A stretch of DNA of 51,606 nt, the filler included, from Dirinaria sp. TL-2023a (Eukaryota), in assembly GCA_051941275.1 (NCBI GenBank). It is 3 parts of 3 records of this genome, joined end to end, with 100 filler letters (N's around TTAATTAATTAA, not from the genome) between each part and the next. Parts side by side here need not be neighbours in the genome. Positions count along the whole stretch, not along the records: positions 1 to 17,154 come from JAVEBF010000450.1; positions 17,255 to 34,381 come from JAVEBF010000451.1; 1 more part is not named here. One strand, given 5' to 3'. Shown one piece after another: positions 12,512-25,232 of this stretch. The notes under the pieces are model-generated. The model was not told the DNA's origin, searched no databases, and saw only the letters and a list, made by a program, of their open reading frames with translations. Every line of letters begins with the position of its first letter. Position 1 is the stretch's first letter. A program made the position numbers and the translations under genes.

Positions 12512-15500
12512 ATGGAGCTTGCGGTATCGATAAGCGGAACCGACTCACAACACCTCACTTCTCAAGATGGCCTCCATGTAGGCTCTCAAGACTTCTCCTC
12601 TTTACACCAGCTCAGGCAGGATCATTCCCCATCACCCGAAGCCCTGCAATACCGCAACTCCTTACCAAGATCAGGCACCACATCTGTCCACGGCACCATG
12701 TCGTCTTCGAACATGAACCCATCGCCCACTTCTGCCACACCCACCTCGCCCTTCCGACACCGAGCCGCTTCCGCTACCGGTGTTTTCGATAACAACAATG
12801 AGATAGATATAGATGCGCAGAATCATGATAGAATGGAGACAGACGAGGAGAGTAGTGAAGAATCCAGCTCAGAAGCAGACACCCCTCCGAACGATAACAC
12901 ATCTGTCAGAGTCGGTCCACCGGACATGATGCTGGTTGACCAAGAGGCCATGGATACCGCGCCTGATAACCTCCATGCTGGCGAAATCAGACTACCAGTG
13001 GGTCCTGGTAGGTTGTCCTTTTGTGATCGAATGTAGGCCTTGCATATGTGCTAAGCTCTCCACCCAGCAAACCAAGAGCAGTACCCAGATATACCTCACG
13101 ATCCACCAGCCTCACAACCAATCGATAATGCAAGAGGCACAGACGACGAGGCGCTTATTGACTTGATTCAACCACCGCCTCTTCTCTCAGAAAGTGATGC
13201 GTTATTAAGCGGCGCAGATAGCAATCCGCCTGCTCATCTTGCGGGTGCTGCAGCAGTAAATGGTAGCCAAGCTGATACAAGTATTGAAAGTCATCAGAGC
13301 AGCGCCAACACGAATGAGGGTGCGCAACCTGGTGAACAAGTTGCAATAGAGGGAAACGATCACACAAATCGTGCAGCTGACGAAAATCCCACACTCATTC
13401 CATCGCCACCTGAAGCAAATCATAACGAGAGCTCATCTGAGGAAGAGGAGCAGCCATACTGGGCCAAATTCGAGGAGGATAAATCAGCTCCCACAGAAGA
13501 GGAGTTGAAGATGATCGAGCAGCAGCCTCATGAAATAAGCGCACTGGATCGTAAGTATCGTGATAGTTCATATCTAGAATCAATTACAGCGCTTATCCCT
13601 CTTCAGATGAACATTGGGAAAAACTTGCGTTTGAACCACTTGACGATCCTGAATATCTGCCATCATCAACCGGGCGTATCTCGTGGACCCTGAAGGGATT
13701 CCACGGTACACCTGCCAATCCAAACAGAGAGACAGTGATGAGATCTCCGTCTGTACTGATTGGAGATTACTACTGGAGCATCAAAGTCTTTCCCCGAGGC
13801 AATGATGGCTCGCCACTCATGAGTGTCTATATTGAATGTTCGCCGTACCCAAACGATGATCAGACCACCGAGCCACCAAACGATAGACAACCAAATCAAG
13901 ACCCTAAGAAGGCTTTGCTTGGGTCGTTGCCCAAAGATTCATCGACGGATGACACATCCAGCAGCGATACGCCAAGGCCTTCCAACTCTGCCGCCGCGCC
14001 AGTGCGTGAGCAGGGAAAAGGAAAGCAAACTGCAGATACAGCTGCTGATGGGGTGCCTAAGCCTGAAGTGAAGTGGGAAGTACCAGCACAAATACTCTGC
14101 GTTGCCTACAATCCAGACGAGCCCCGCGTCAATTCATTTGAGAGGGGAGACCATAGATTTCATCACAAGACTTCGGATTGGGGTTGGAGAAGGTTCACTG
14201 GCCCATGGAAAGTGCTTCATTTACGGGCATCCAATCAACGACAAGCACTGCTTCGCAATGATACACTTTCATTCACCGCATATATTCGCACTGTCAAGGA
14301 CACAACAGGTGCATTATGGTGGCATGCGCCTACTGGTGAACCGCAGTGGGATCATTATGAGCGACTTGGTCTCAATCGGTTGCTCTCGAAAGATGTAGGC
14401 TCGAGCGCTGCTGTGAGCGCGCTTTCGACCTGGTTACACCTCTATCCCTTTTGTGGCTCTTTAAAGAGACTGCAAGAAGCTCAGGAGAAAGACCGCCGCG
14501 ATCGACCACTGTTTGACGATTTGGAATTCTACCGGAAGGAGTTGATAGCGACTTCTCAAGATGCAGAGCATGATATCGACTTCCACAACTCCGTAGAATA
14601 TATTGAGTGGTACGACGCTGTTCAATGCGAAGCAGATGTTATCGCATTCTGGGACATCCTAAGACGAGCTCTTAGCTCTGAAGCTTCTGGAGTAAAGCCT
14701 ATGTCGAAAGCTAAAGACTTCTTCAAGGATATTCTGATGCTAAAACAGCCAGACGCTGGCAAGCAGGCGCACGCTACTTCGGATCAAGTTGTACCCCCAC
14801 CGAAGGGCACTGAACCATGCAGCGTGCAAGAAGCTGTTGATCTTGCTATGACCTACGAAAAGGAGGAGGATAGAGTTTGGAAGACCTTCGATGGCCTGAA
14901 CCAGTCGCTGACTGAACCTCCATCGGTCCTCCAGATAGAGCTGCGTCGGCAAATGTACGATACCAAAGCGCGGAAATGGAAAAAGTCTACCCATCAAATT
15001 AAACTTGATGAGATTGTATCACTAGCTCCTCCAACACTGAGCTCTCGTTATGAATATTCACTACTCGGCATTGTGGTTCACTCTGGTAGCTTGGAATCGA
15101 AGGATTACTACTCAGTCCTGCGGCCCGAAGGACCTGGAACTCGCTGGATAAAATACGCCGGGGACAAAGCCGAGCGGGGCGTTGAATGTCTGACTACCAA
15201 ACAGGCTCTTGAGGCGCATGAAGGAGGTCCCGATGCCGAGAACACGTCGGCAGTGGCTTACATTGCCACTTATGTACGCACTGCTCTGTTTTCAAAATTC
15301 GGCAAAACCCCTAAATGCGAGCCCGCCGTCTCTGATATCGTATCAACCGGACCACAAAAGAAAGGAGACGCGACCATTCAGCCTATGGAGGAGGATGAAG
15401 ATGGAGTGCCCATACCACTTCATGTCTACCAGTCGGAGCTCTTCGAAGGTCACAATGACCTGGGAGTCTTTGATTGGAGCAAGCATAGCGATGCTGACTC

Positions 15501-17009
15501 CCGCATCCTCAAGCTCGAGATCAATGACAACGCTAGCATTTCTGCCATTGTAGATACTGTAGTCAACGCCCGAAGAGAAAAGTTTCCCGACAGGCAGGAG
15601 AAGTATGGAATGTGGTTTGTGAACACATTCATGAACAATCCAGCTATGGAGAACGTGCTTCGTGCACCGGATGTCTTACCTATGGACGCATTCACAGCCG
15701 ATGAGCTTCTGAGGTCGACGAACGTCTGCTACGATGTAGTTCGCATATGGCTGCATACTTTCCCTTCGGAAACGGAAGGGAAACACCATCCTAATACAGA
15801 GGCCACGGGAGAACCCACCCGTGCTCCAATATCAGACGTAGACGAGGTTATGCAGATCGAGGGTGAGGGAGGGACTGTTACCGCAAATGAACGCCCAGCT
15901 CATCCACGAGATCAAGTAGAGATGTCATCCATGGAACAAGCCGCTCCCGGATCGGTCATAGAGAATACAGCAACCCAAGCGGCAACAGCACGGGATGGAG
16001 ATACACCCATGGAAGGCAATGCGGAAGCCGAGGCAGAAGATGTGGCACCACCTTCACCACTGCCGCCAATAACTAAGTCCAAGTGGAACCCTAAGCTTGA
16101 CATGGACTTCTTGAAAAACGACGATAACATATACATATTTTTGAAGGTGTTTGAGCCCAAGGGGCAAATTTTCCGAGGTGTCAAAGCCTTCTTCGTCAAG
16201 CAAAATGCTCTGGTCGGTGAAGAACTCAAAAAGGCCCTGTCCCTCTCAAAAGACCAAGCCATCGATGTCTGGGAGGAGAAGATAACAGCGCACGTAACAC
16301 CTATTAGCACAGACAGCAGGTTTGCCGATGTGGCCCCACGCTCGGGCGTCATCCTAATTGCACAGCGGCGGCAATCGGAGTCAGAGTGAGTTCCTTGTCG
16401 CCATTTCTTGCCATTGGGCCTGAACTGATGAGCAAACACAGACTTTCCCAGCTCAAAGAAGCCGGCAAACCAGCCACCGTACCCGAGTATCGAGACTATC
16501 TGTTTTGCGCCACCGACCCGGCCTACCTGAAACCAACCCTGACAGCCTCCTACTTCAGCACGCCGTACTATTCCTGCTCCATCGCCTACGGCCGCCCGCA
16601 CGGTGCTGGGACATCCATCTCCCTCGCCGGCGACAGCTACACGGGCAACTTCAGCTCCGGACTCAAATCCGGCCAAGGCACGATGCGGTACTCGAACGGC
16701 GACATCTACACGGGCGCCTGGGCCGACAACGAGCCCGAAGGCCAGGGCGAAATGACCTACGCCAAGACGGGCAACGTGTACACGGGCGGCTTCAGGAAGC
16801 GGAAACGCCACGGCAAGGGCGTGATGAAGTTCGAGGTCGCGGACGAAGAACAGCGGCTGTGCCAGATCTGCTACGAGAACGAGATGGATGCCGTGTTCTA
16901 CGATTGCGGACATGTGACCGCTTGCGAAACCTGTGCGCGCCAGGTCGATGATTGTCCCGTGTGTAGGAGGAAGGTTAAGGCTGTTATTAGGATTTGGTTG
17001 AGTGCTTAA
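12512..17009 (+). CDS. MATH + USP-like (apparently inactive) + MORN repeats + C3HC4 RING protein, 4 exons (12512-13007, 13068-13550, 13607-16385, 16442-17009), ~1441 aa
   Basis: MATH motifs IGDYYWSIKVFPRGN and DWGWRRF. USP-fold motifs PSVLQIELRR and YSLLGIVVHSG. MORN repeats YTGNFSSGLKSGQG, YTGAWADNEPEGQG and YTGGFRKRKRHGKG. RING CQICYENEMDAVFYDCGHVTACETC..CPVC. All three introns are GT-AG and frame-consistent. Confidence 0.9.
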
Positions 17010-17154
17010 TTCTTTCTTTTTCTTCTTCTTTTTTTAATAAACCTTACCCTGTTACCTTTCGGACACTAGAAAGAAAGATCGAGCGAGCGAGCGAGAGGAT
17101 TGTGTGTGTGCGTGCACGGGTCTTGCTATTATTATTCAAAAGAGAAAAAAAAGG

Positions 17155-17254
17155 NNNNNNNNNNNNNNNNNNNNNNNNNNNNNNNNNNNNNNNNNNNNTT
17201 AATTAATTAANNNNNNNNNNNNNNNNNNNNNNNNNNNNNNNNNNNNNNNNNNNN
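17155..17254. other. Assembly gap with artificial spacer (44 N + TTAATTAATTAA + 44 N)
   Basis: Exactly 100 nt with a six-frame stop linker; an identical copy is at 34382-34481. Confidence 0.97.
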
Positions 17255-18553
17255 GCCCCCCCACCCTCCATCCATTCCATCAAATATATTTTTTTCGGCG
17301 GGCAAGGAGGTAAATCTCCTCAATTCAACCCCTCAAACTATGAAAACGAATGCAGCACACGAGGTCTACATACATACATACATACCCAGTTCATCTTCAT
17401 GAAAAGAAAGAATAAAAGCCTTCAATTGAGTCTTTCTGTTTTGTCTACCTGCCTGTTCAATTTTAAATCAGTCACGCGCGAGCGATATGAAAAAGGTAGA
17501 GTTCTTTTTTTTTTGAAGGGAGGGGAACAAAGAGATTGTTCTGACAAAAAAGCAACAGATGGTGTTATATATCTGCCGCTGCCGCTGCCGCTGCTGCCTC
17601 TCATGCATTCTATTCTATTCTCTTCAAGAAAAAGAGTTGCCGAGTCAAGTCCCCTTTTTTTTGGGGGGGGGTTTTGAGAATAAGTACATGTAAGTAGGTA
17701 AGTAGTGGAGCTCTCCTCCTTAAAGCTCCCCCCTTTCTTCTCTCTGCAAGCTACCTAAGAAAGTACCTTAGGCTATGTTACTACAGCATGCGTAAGCCCA
17801 TATCCCGAAAGAATTATTGCCGGGCGAGGATGGAAGTCGTGATAGTCGGTTTCCAGAATGCGTGATAGGAAGAGATGGAATGGTTCGGAATTCATGAGAA
17901 AGGAAGGTGTGGAGTGATTTGTGGAGCCGTAGGCATGAAAAAGATGTTTTGCGCTGGGATGGAGTAGGAGCAATTCATGTATGTATATATACGGGATCTA
18001 ACGAGTGACTATCACTATCAAGATGTGGAAGAATAAAGAGATCAAGGCCCCTCGTTGGCGTAGAGAGGAATCTGTCAGTAGAAAAAGCGTGTAAAGTAGA
18101 AACAAGAAGAAAGAAAAAAAAAAAAAGTTGAAACCGCATTTACCGAAACATATATCTTCGTGACAACAGACCCTTGGTATACCCGCTGAAACGATTGTAG
18201 AGGCCTAATACCAGCAACGCCGCGCATTCCGAAACCGGTCCCTCAGACTTGCGAAAAAAATCCCCTCCCTCCCAGTTGTCAAAGAATTGTTGACCCGCGG
18301 GTATTCCCATGCATCCATACCCTCATACCCAGCCTAGTCATGGTAGCGTGATCTCGTGTCATGTCGTAGCACTCGTGCAACTTCTTGTCCTCTACACCGT
18401 CCTAATCGTTGTTTGGCAGATTTGCATGCACGTCTGCAATAGTACCTCCCAAATATCTGCATCGAAGTATATATGAAGTCAGAACCGGGTTGATGACGAT
18501 TCCCCGCGTCCCTTTAATGGAAAGAATGTGAAAGGATATTGGAAAATAAAATT

Positions 18554-20735
18554 TCAACGTGTGCTCGTCGTGGGCACTTTCTCTTCACTCGTAGCAACCG
18601 CGACGAGAGCATCCAGCCCGCTCATCTCAGTGTCTTTGGATATATGCTGTTGAGGTGGTGCGCCTAGAGGTTCTGCGGGTAAAGGCCAGGACGACGCTTG
18701 AGCGTTACCAGTGAAAGGCTTGAGTGTTTGTCAGCAACGATTGACGGGTCCTGCATACTTGACTTACATTATGAGAGGGAGCAGGCCCGGCTCCAGAATT
18801 CCCGGTCTCAACATAACCGTTACTGTGTACAATCGATGGATGATACTCTGCAACAGAGAACGAAGGCGTGTGGACTCCCTCGCTGCTGCTCGAGTCCTCT
18901 GGTGACCTCCGTTGCTGGATAGGAGGCTGCGGCACCACTGATGGAGGTCCTGCATACCAGCCCATGCGCTTCTTTTTATTTGGTGTTGCAGGTTGAAGAA
19001 AAGACGTATTTGTGTTTGGCCGGGGCTGTTCTTGATGGATGACTACTTGAGGTGCTTGAGGTTGTTGAAATGGAGAAAATTGGGGTTTAGGAACATCTTG
19101 TTCATGTATGGTCTGCTGACCCCATGGCTGCTCTTTAGGTGGTGTCCCTGCGATGTCGAGTTTGGTGAGATTTCGGTGAAGTGACATATCCCAAGAAGCG
19201 TGGCCTCTTCTGTCATTTGGCCCTGAGTGGTTTTGAGGACCTGGGTACAAGGGCGGTCTGCCCGTGTCCATCTGCATAGGACTCGGTCCTCGTGCTGGCG
19301 AAGTGGATGATTTCGACATCTGATCGAAAGCTTCGATACCAGGTAGCCGCTGCGGTTGCTGAGCTAAGGCTGTAGCAGCTTGAGATGCGAATGCAGGCCG
19401 GGGGGCATCGGGAGTCTGATAATAGCTGAGCCCACTTGGCGCAGGCCTTTGATAACCGGAGTAAGTGCTCGGATGCCATGTCCGCCTCCGCCAGTCAAGC
19501 TCAGCAGCGCTCTCGCCTTGCGAGAAAGAGTAGGTTGAGTTGGTAGGACTCCCATAGAGACTACTGGCTGCAGAAGAGTTCGATGGAGCTAGAGGGCTTA
19601 GGTAAGGAGGCGGATAGGAATTCCCATGCGATGACTGAAACATATTTCCCGAATTGGGAACTGACAATCTTCTGCTATGAGTTGTTGGAGTATGATTCCT
19701 CCCTCCCCACAGACTTGCTGTGCGTGAGGCAGCCGAGATAGGTGAGCCGTATGATGAGCCGAACGCGGGACTGTTGGGAGCGTTGGAGAGGTTTGACGAG
19801 GTCGGTGTGCTGATGTCACCCGAAGGTTCTCTCGAGTGACTGCGATATACTGGCGGAGTTGTAGGCTGGGTGTCGAGCCGTAACCCGCTTCTGGGAGTAT
19901 CAGCTGCCATCATAAGAGGTGGGGGCCGCCGCCTGCCATCATCTCGGCTGACAGTAGATGACGTCGAGCCAATACTAGAGGCAGACAGGTTCCTGCTATG
20001 ACCCCTGCCATGGCTTCCAGTACTACTCGCAGTTGAAGCTCGTGAGCGCCCATTTGGTGTCCGTACTCGGTCGGTCCGGATTTGCCGCTGGAAACGAGTC
20101 CCAGTAGCTGCGAGTGAGTCCCCAGGTATTTCTTCGTTGACATGCACAGTCTGAGCATGCTGGCGCAGATTGTCGAGTCTCGAGAACCTTCGGGAGCAGT
20201 GACATTGAAATGGCCGCTCTCCTGTATGCTTCCGTATATGCCGCGCCAAATGCTCACTCCTTGTAAAACTCAAATTACATGGGGGAAACTCGGTGCAAAA
20301 GAACCTTTGGCCCTTCTTCTTTTTCGTCGGTCTACCTTCACCGTCTATACTTTCACCATCTGAGCCCCCTTCCTCACGATCCGAAGCATCCATATCAATG
20401 TCTTGAGAATCGACCGACGGCATTGAGCGATGCGAATTATGCGAGTCCCCTCGGCGAAGTGGTCCGGGTTGATCCCCGCCTGTTGAGGGCTGAGATTGTG
20501 GGAATGAGTTACTGAATGGAGATGTAGGCAATGGCCTTTGACCGTTGATCCCGGAAAAACTCCATGTGGTAGGTGTATTGGGCGCGGATTCCGTGGCCGA
20601 ATGCGCTGGTGGGGGCGGGGTTGACGAGGAGGTATTTGTGACTGGCGCTCGAGGCGTTGTCGGCGTATTTGCCTCTTGAGGGAAGTCTCTTAGGCCCAAT
20701 CCCACGTTTATCGACTGAAAAGTTGTGGTGGCCAT
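18554..20735 (-). CDS. nsdC: C2H2 zinc-finger transcription factor, NsdC/Usv1 family, 2 exons (20735-18768, 18718-18554), ~710 aa
   Basis: Zinc fingers [55 protein letters not shown], plus [10 protein letters not shown] and RRRTWHP motifs. A GTAAGT..GCTGAC..AAG intron leads to C-terminal [14 protein letters not shown]. The symbol is from family recognition, not a search. Confidence 0.85.
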
Positions 20736-21240
20736 GACAGTGGCCAGTTCGTGGCTCGGGCGCTGGCGGCTTTGAGAGGGTTTGGGAGATCCAAGGGACT
20801 TATTGAACCAGTTTGGAGAGTCGCTGGGAATGTGCCAGCCTGCTGTCGCACATACGTCGTGGTGCACTGAACTGCGACTCGGCTAATGGTGGGATGTGAA
20901 GATGAGTATCTCACTTGGTCGCAGAACACGAGTTGATGCTGAGAAGTAGATTTGTAACCGAAAATAGCGATTAAGCGATGCGAGTCGAAACAGTGTCAGG
21001 TATGCCAGACAGGTCTCCGGGCGCTCCTCATGTGCTTGTAAGCATGGTTCCTTGTGGCGGCGGGGCTTATCGGACTCGGATGGTGTTTCAGAAAGGATGA
21101 AGGATTGACCTATAAGAACAGGTTGACTGGAGTCGACAACATGAGGATGTCTGCGAAGAAGATGAGAATGCCAATATGGATGAAACCAGTTTAGGGGGAT
21201 GAGAGATGGGATAGCATAAGCAACAAGAAAAAGATGAGGC

Positions 21241-21450
21241 TAGGTAGGTAGGTAGGTAAGGTAAGTTAGGTAAGGGAGTAGGAGTAGTCTCGTACTGTAC
21301 GTAAGGTTAGGCGAGAGGTTGATGGTGTGGATGTACGAGTTAAGGTAGAAGAAGCCCAGTCGAGTAAGGTAGCAGGGTAGGAGTAAGTAAGGTAGTAAGG
21401 GTACTGGGTAGTGGCAGTGGTTAAGGTTTACATGGGGGGAAGGGGGGGGA
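21241..21450. promoter_or_regulatory. Purine-rich AGGTA/GGTAAG low-complexity tract upstream of nsdC
   Basis: (TAGG)4 followed by repeated TAAGG/GTAAG/GGTAG units. The same motif clusters in other intergenic regions. Confidence 0.4.
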
Positions 21451-23535
21451 TGAGAAATGGTCTAAGTAGGAGTACATGACTTGCGCCAGTTACGGGAGTA
21501 CTTGGTCTAACTAAAGTATCTCTCCGGCCTGCTATAGGTAAGCAGCCTTAGAGCCCCAGCCTCCTCGGCGGCCACCATGGCCCGCAACCAGCTGTAATAG
21601 GCGGCAAAAGGGCCGTAATATATCCAGTGGAGACCCGGGACGCCCTGCCTAGAGCCAGCCCCACCATCAACCATCAATTCACCCAATCCTGTTCCACTGA
21701 CATGGCCAACTCCGTGTTTCAGATTCAATATTGTCCACCTCAGCATCTCTAAGGTACACGCCATCTCTTCAGTACCTACAGTATGGACAGTCCTACGTGT
21801 ACTGGACCACATATTTTCCCTCACTCATCGATGAATTCAATGGAAATAATAAAAATCATAGCAATAATAATCCCTCAAAAGCATGCGCGTCCCTGCCAAC
21901 CTCAGGGATGAGGGGGAGAAAAACGTGGGACCTGAGTAAGGGGACCAGTCGCATTCAATGATTACCTTACAGCACCTTCAGGTCCAGGATGGTCTCGTCG
22001 GTGCTTCGGAACAAAACGCCTGCAACCACCATCGGTCATTCAACGTGGGATCTGGACCCGTAGGAATTGAACGGCCTCCCACTTTCGCCCGCAGCACTAT
22101 TCTCTATCAGCACGCTTGCCTGCACACCTCCTTCCGAGCCTTATGGCGGTAGCAGTACAAGGGGGAGAAGGAAAAGGCGCGGGTTGGCTCGCATGGCAAC
22201 GTACAGTTCGCCCGAAGAGGGGGGCTACCCTGCTCTGGTTACTGTTAGTCTCCATGCAGGGGTTTGCTGCCAGGTACAATACAAAGTACATCTACTTCCA
22301 TCCCACTTTTCGCGAACGCGCAATCGAGGCCGTATTATTCACCGACCGTCCAATCCCATTCGGCTTAGGGAGATTCAATCTCGAGCTGATCGGCTCGACT
22401 AGTCCCTCCTCCGCCCAACGGTCGATGCCTGCGATGCCCACTCACGGTCCACGTACTCTCGCTCCAAGGGACAGCTGGGAGCACTGGCTGACGAAGATTG
22501 TCGAAGTGATCACATCATGATAGTCGTCAGCCCCACTTCAACGCATCCATTGCCCCGCCCAGATCACCACTATCGATACGGAGTAGAAGGAAGATAAGCG
22601 CTGCACGCCACTTTTAGTCCGCTCTTAATGGTTGATCCGGCTGTGGACTTGTAGATCGACGGGAATGATCGACAGCCCGTCATGTGAGACGCCCGAAGTA
22701 GTCGGGACTTCAGTCATTTGTTCCTGCTAAGCAAACACGAACGCCCGCCATTCTCATGCTTGCATCAACTCGAGGTCTTGAGTACATGCAATTTATTTTC
22801 GGCTCTGATCATCCTCAAGGTAGCACCGCCGTTTCTCTAACGGTACCCCAAGCCTACAGATCGATGACACAACCCCACGACTTAAATTCTTACTATTTGT
22901 ATCCCTCCATTCCGGAAAAGGAGAAAGCCAAGGGGACACGTCGGGCAAGTCGGGAATAATGAACATTCATTATTTCTACAAATACCCTAGTCGCAGCTAA
23001 ATGCTATTCCAGAGGCTGGTTTCGTTAACGCTCCGGAGGCGACTTTTTCAACAGCTCCAACATTGCTTTGTCGGCCCCCACGTTCTACATATCTCGAAAT
23101 ATCAAAACTTCAGGTGATCCCTATGACAAGTGATTCCAATTCAATACACCGTGTGCGTAAAGCAGGGGCAATTTGACAAGTACATGTACCCCGATGGCCA
23201 TTAGGCAGAGCCATGTCTTGGCGACATGATAGTGAATCGATCGGCGACTTGCTGGTTCCGTGCTTCTATCTCTTTGCGAATCGACGTCCTGGCAACATGG
23301 CCTGCACGTCACTCCGAAATTGGGTTCTCTTGCCGCGTTTTCTCGCAGAACGCTATGATCTGTGGTGTTTGTGTTCGCTCTGAAGCCTTGCGAGCGCCTC
23401 TTACTGAGAGTCGACCAGTGACAGCAGATGCTGCTCTGTATCGGAGTGTGGTGGCGGTCTCAAGTCTGCTCCACAATCACACTGCGCTATGCGTCTCTTG
23501 CTGCAGGATCGCGCGGGCATTGCATGCTCTTGTTA

Positions 23536-23989
23536 TTATGATTTCCCACTCGACGGCATCCCTGAAGCTCCCAATCCTGACAGTGGCTTGGCGCCTTCCC
23601 TCTTCAATCTCTCCAACGTCTCCGCCTTCTTGAATTCTGACACCCTCCGTTGTTTAAAATACGTTACCTGCTCTCACGTAAGCCCAACTCCAAAAGACGC
23701 GTCCCAATATTCCGCGAAGACCCAAGGTGCGTGAAGCACGTACCCAGCTCCGCGCACACTCTCCCTCCAAGCCTCGCTCCTCCTTTCCGCACACCTCATT
23801 TGCCTTCTCCTTCTCTCTAATGCTATCCACAATATTGTTGCCGTCTAGGCATGCAAAAAACCGGTCTCGCGCGTCCCAACAATGTTGGCGTTGGCTGCGG
23901 TCCGGAGCTATGTAGGCGCCGTCGTTTGAAGGGGATGGTGCGGAGGCGGACGTGGATTTCGTGGTAGGAGATGAAGAGAAGAGACCCAT
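23536..23989 (-). CDS. COA6: Cytochrome c oxidase assembly factor Coa6 (Cox12/COX6B-like CX9C-CX10C), 2 exons (23989-23744, 23667-23536), 125 aa
   Basis: APDRSQRQHCWDARDRFFACLDGNNI..CGKEERGLEGECARSW|VTYFKQRRV; GTACGT..CAG intron. Confidence 0.9.
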
Positions 23990-24478
23990 GACAAACAACC
24001 TGATCGAAGCTGCGCGAGCGCTGAATAAAAGTTTGTGGGTAAATTTACTGCGATAGTAATGGGAATGATTGCAAGCTATGAGTAAGGACTACTAGTACTG
24101 CTGCGCTGTAGCGGCGAATTTCTAGCGTGTTGGAGAAACGTTTAGCCGAAGCGATACCGTGGCCTTGAATAGTTGAGCCGTCAACACCACGTCTAATAAT
24201 TCTCATACTTTGCCGTATGTAAATCTTGATATCGCTTCCACGAATTCTGGAAGTTGGAGTCGTGTATCGCCTAGTGCATTAAATATTTCAGAGCAATTTC
24301 GGCGGCCTCCAACCTTCACACGTAACAACTCTCCTGAAATTGCCAAATTTCTGCCTATAGCGAGCATCCCTCCCCTCCAATGGTCCTGAGTCCTACAGCG
24401 CGCATTTTTTGCTCCGGAACCCCACGCTGACGAGATCGCGCTCATGCTGCTCCGATAGCCCTACTTCTCCGAGGACTT

Positions 24479-25232
24479 ATGCCTCCCCGCCGCGTCCCGC
24501 ATCCTTCTGCAATACGTCTAACGCCCCTGCGCATAGCTACGCAAATCCTGGTGTTGCAATTAGGCTACTACGCAATAGCGACGGCGCTGATCCTTTTCAC
24601 CTCCCTCAGCGCCGGGAAGCGCTTCTCCCTTTCCCTGGTCTTCTCGTGGCACTCTCTTCGCGGTGATACGACAGTTGGCTGGACGCTAGGGCTCTGCTGG
24701 CTCATGAGCGGTGTGTTTGGGTACGTTTTTTCTAGTACTCTGTCATGAACCAATATCTTTCAGCCCTGCACATTTTATTCGAACCACTAACCAGTAGTAT
24801 CAGAGGGGCGATTGCTGACACGTGAGATACAGAGTCCTGCTGCTCCTGCTCATCGTATCCCGCTCGAAACTCGTTCTCGACTTCACCCTCACCCTGCACC
24901 TCCTGAACCTCATATTCACGTCGCTGTACACCAAGTCCTTACCCCGGAACCTTCTTTGGTGGCTGCTCCAATTTACAAGCGCGGGGCTGATGACCCTCGG
25001 CGGTATATGGGCATGTCAATGGCGAGAATTGAGACCTGTGAAATTCGGTGGAAGTGCTGCTCCGAATAAAAACAAAGCGAGCGCAGGAGCCGGGGGACAA
25101 GAGCCGGAAAATGCACGGCTAGGGGGTGAGGACGTGCTAGAAAGTGGTGAAGGCGAAGGGTATGAAATCGGTGGAAACAGAGGGAGAGGGAGAGACGGGG
25201 GAGGCTTATATGAGATGGTTGGCATGAAGTAG
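24479..25232 (+). CDS. SYS1: Golgi integral membrane protein Sys1, 2 exons (24479-24720, 24833-25232), 213 aa
   Basis: PLRIATQILVLQLGYY, IVSRSKLVLDFTLTLHLLNL and CQWRELRPVKF with hydrophobic helices. Divergent from COA6. Confidence 0.9.

Noticed and set aside
15912..16913. 333-aa antisense ORF and the 148-aa alternate-frame ORF at 16505-16951
   Set aside because: Shadows of the GC3-rich MORN-RING coding sequence; no domain features.
17199..17210. TTAATTAATTAA palindrome within Ns (also 34426-34437)
   Set aside because: Synthetic six-frame-stop contig linker. Adjacency across it is not proven biological.
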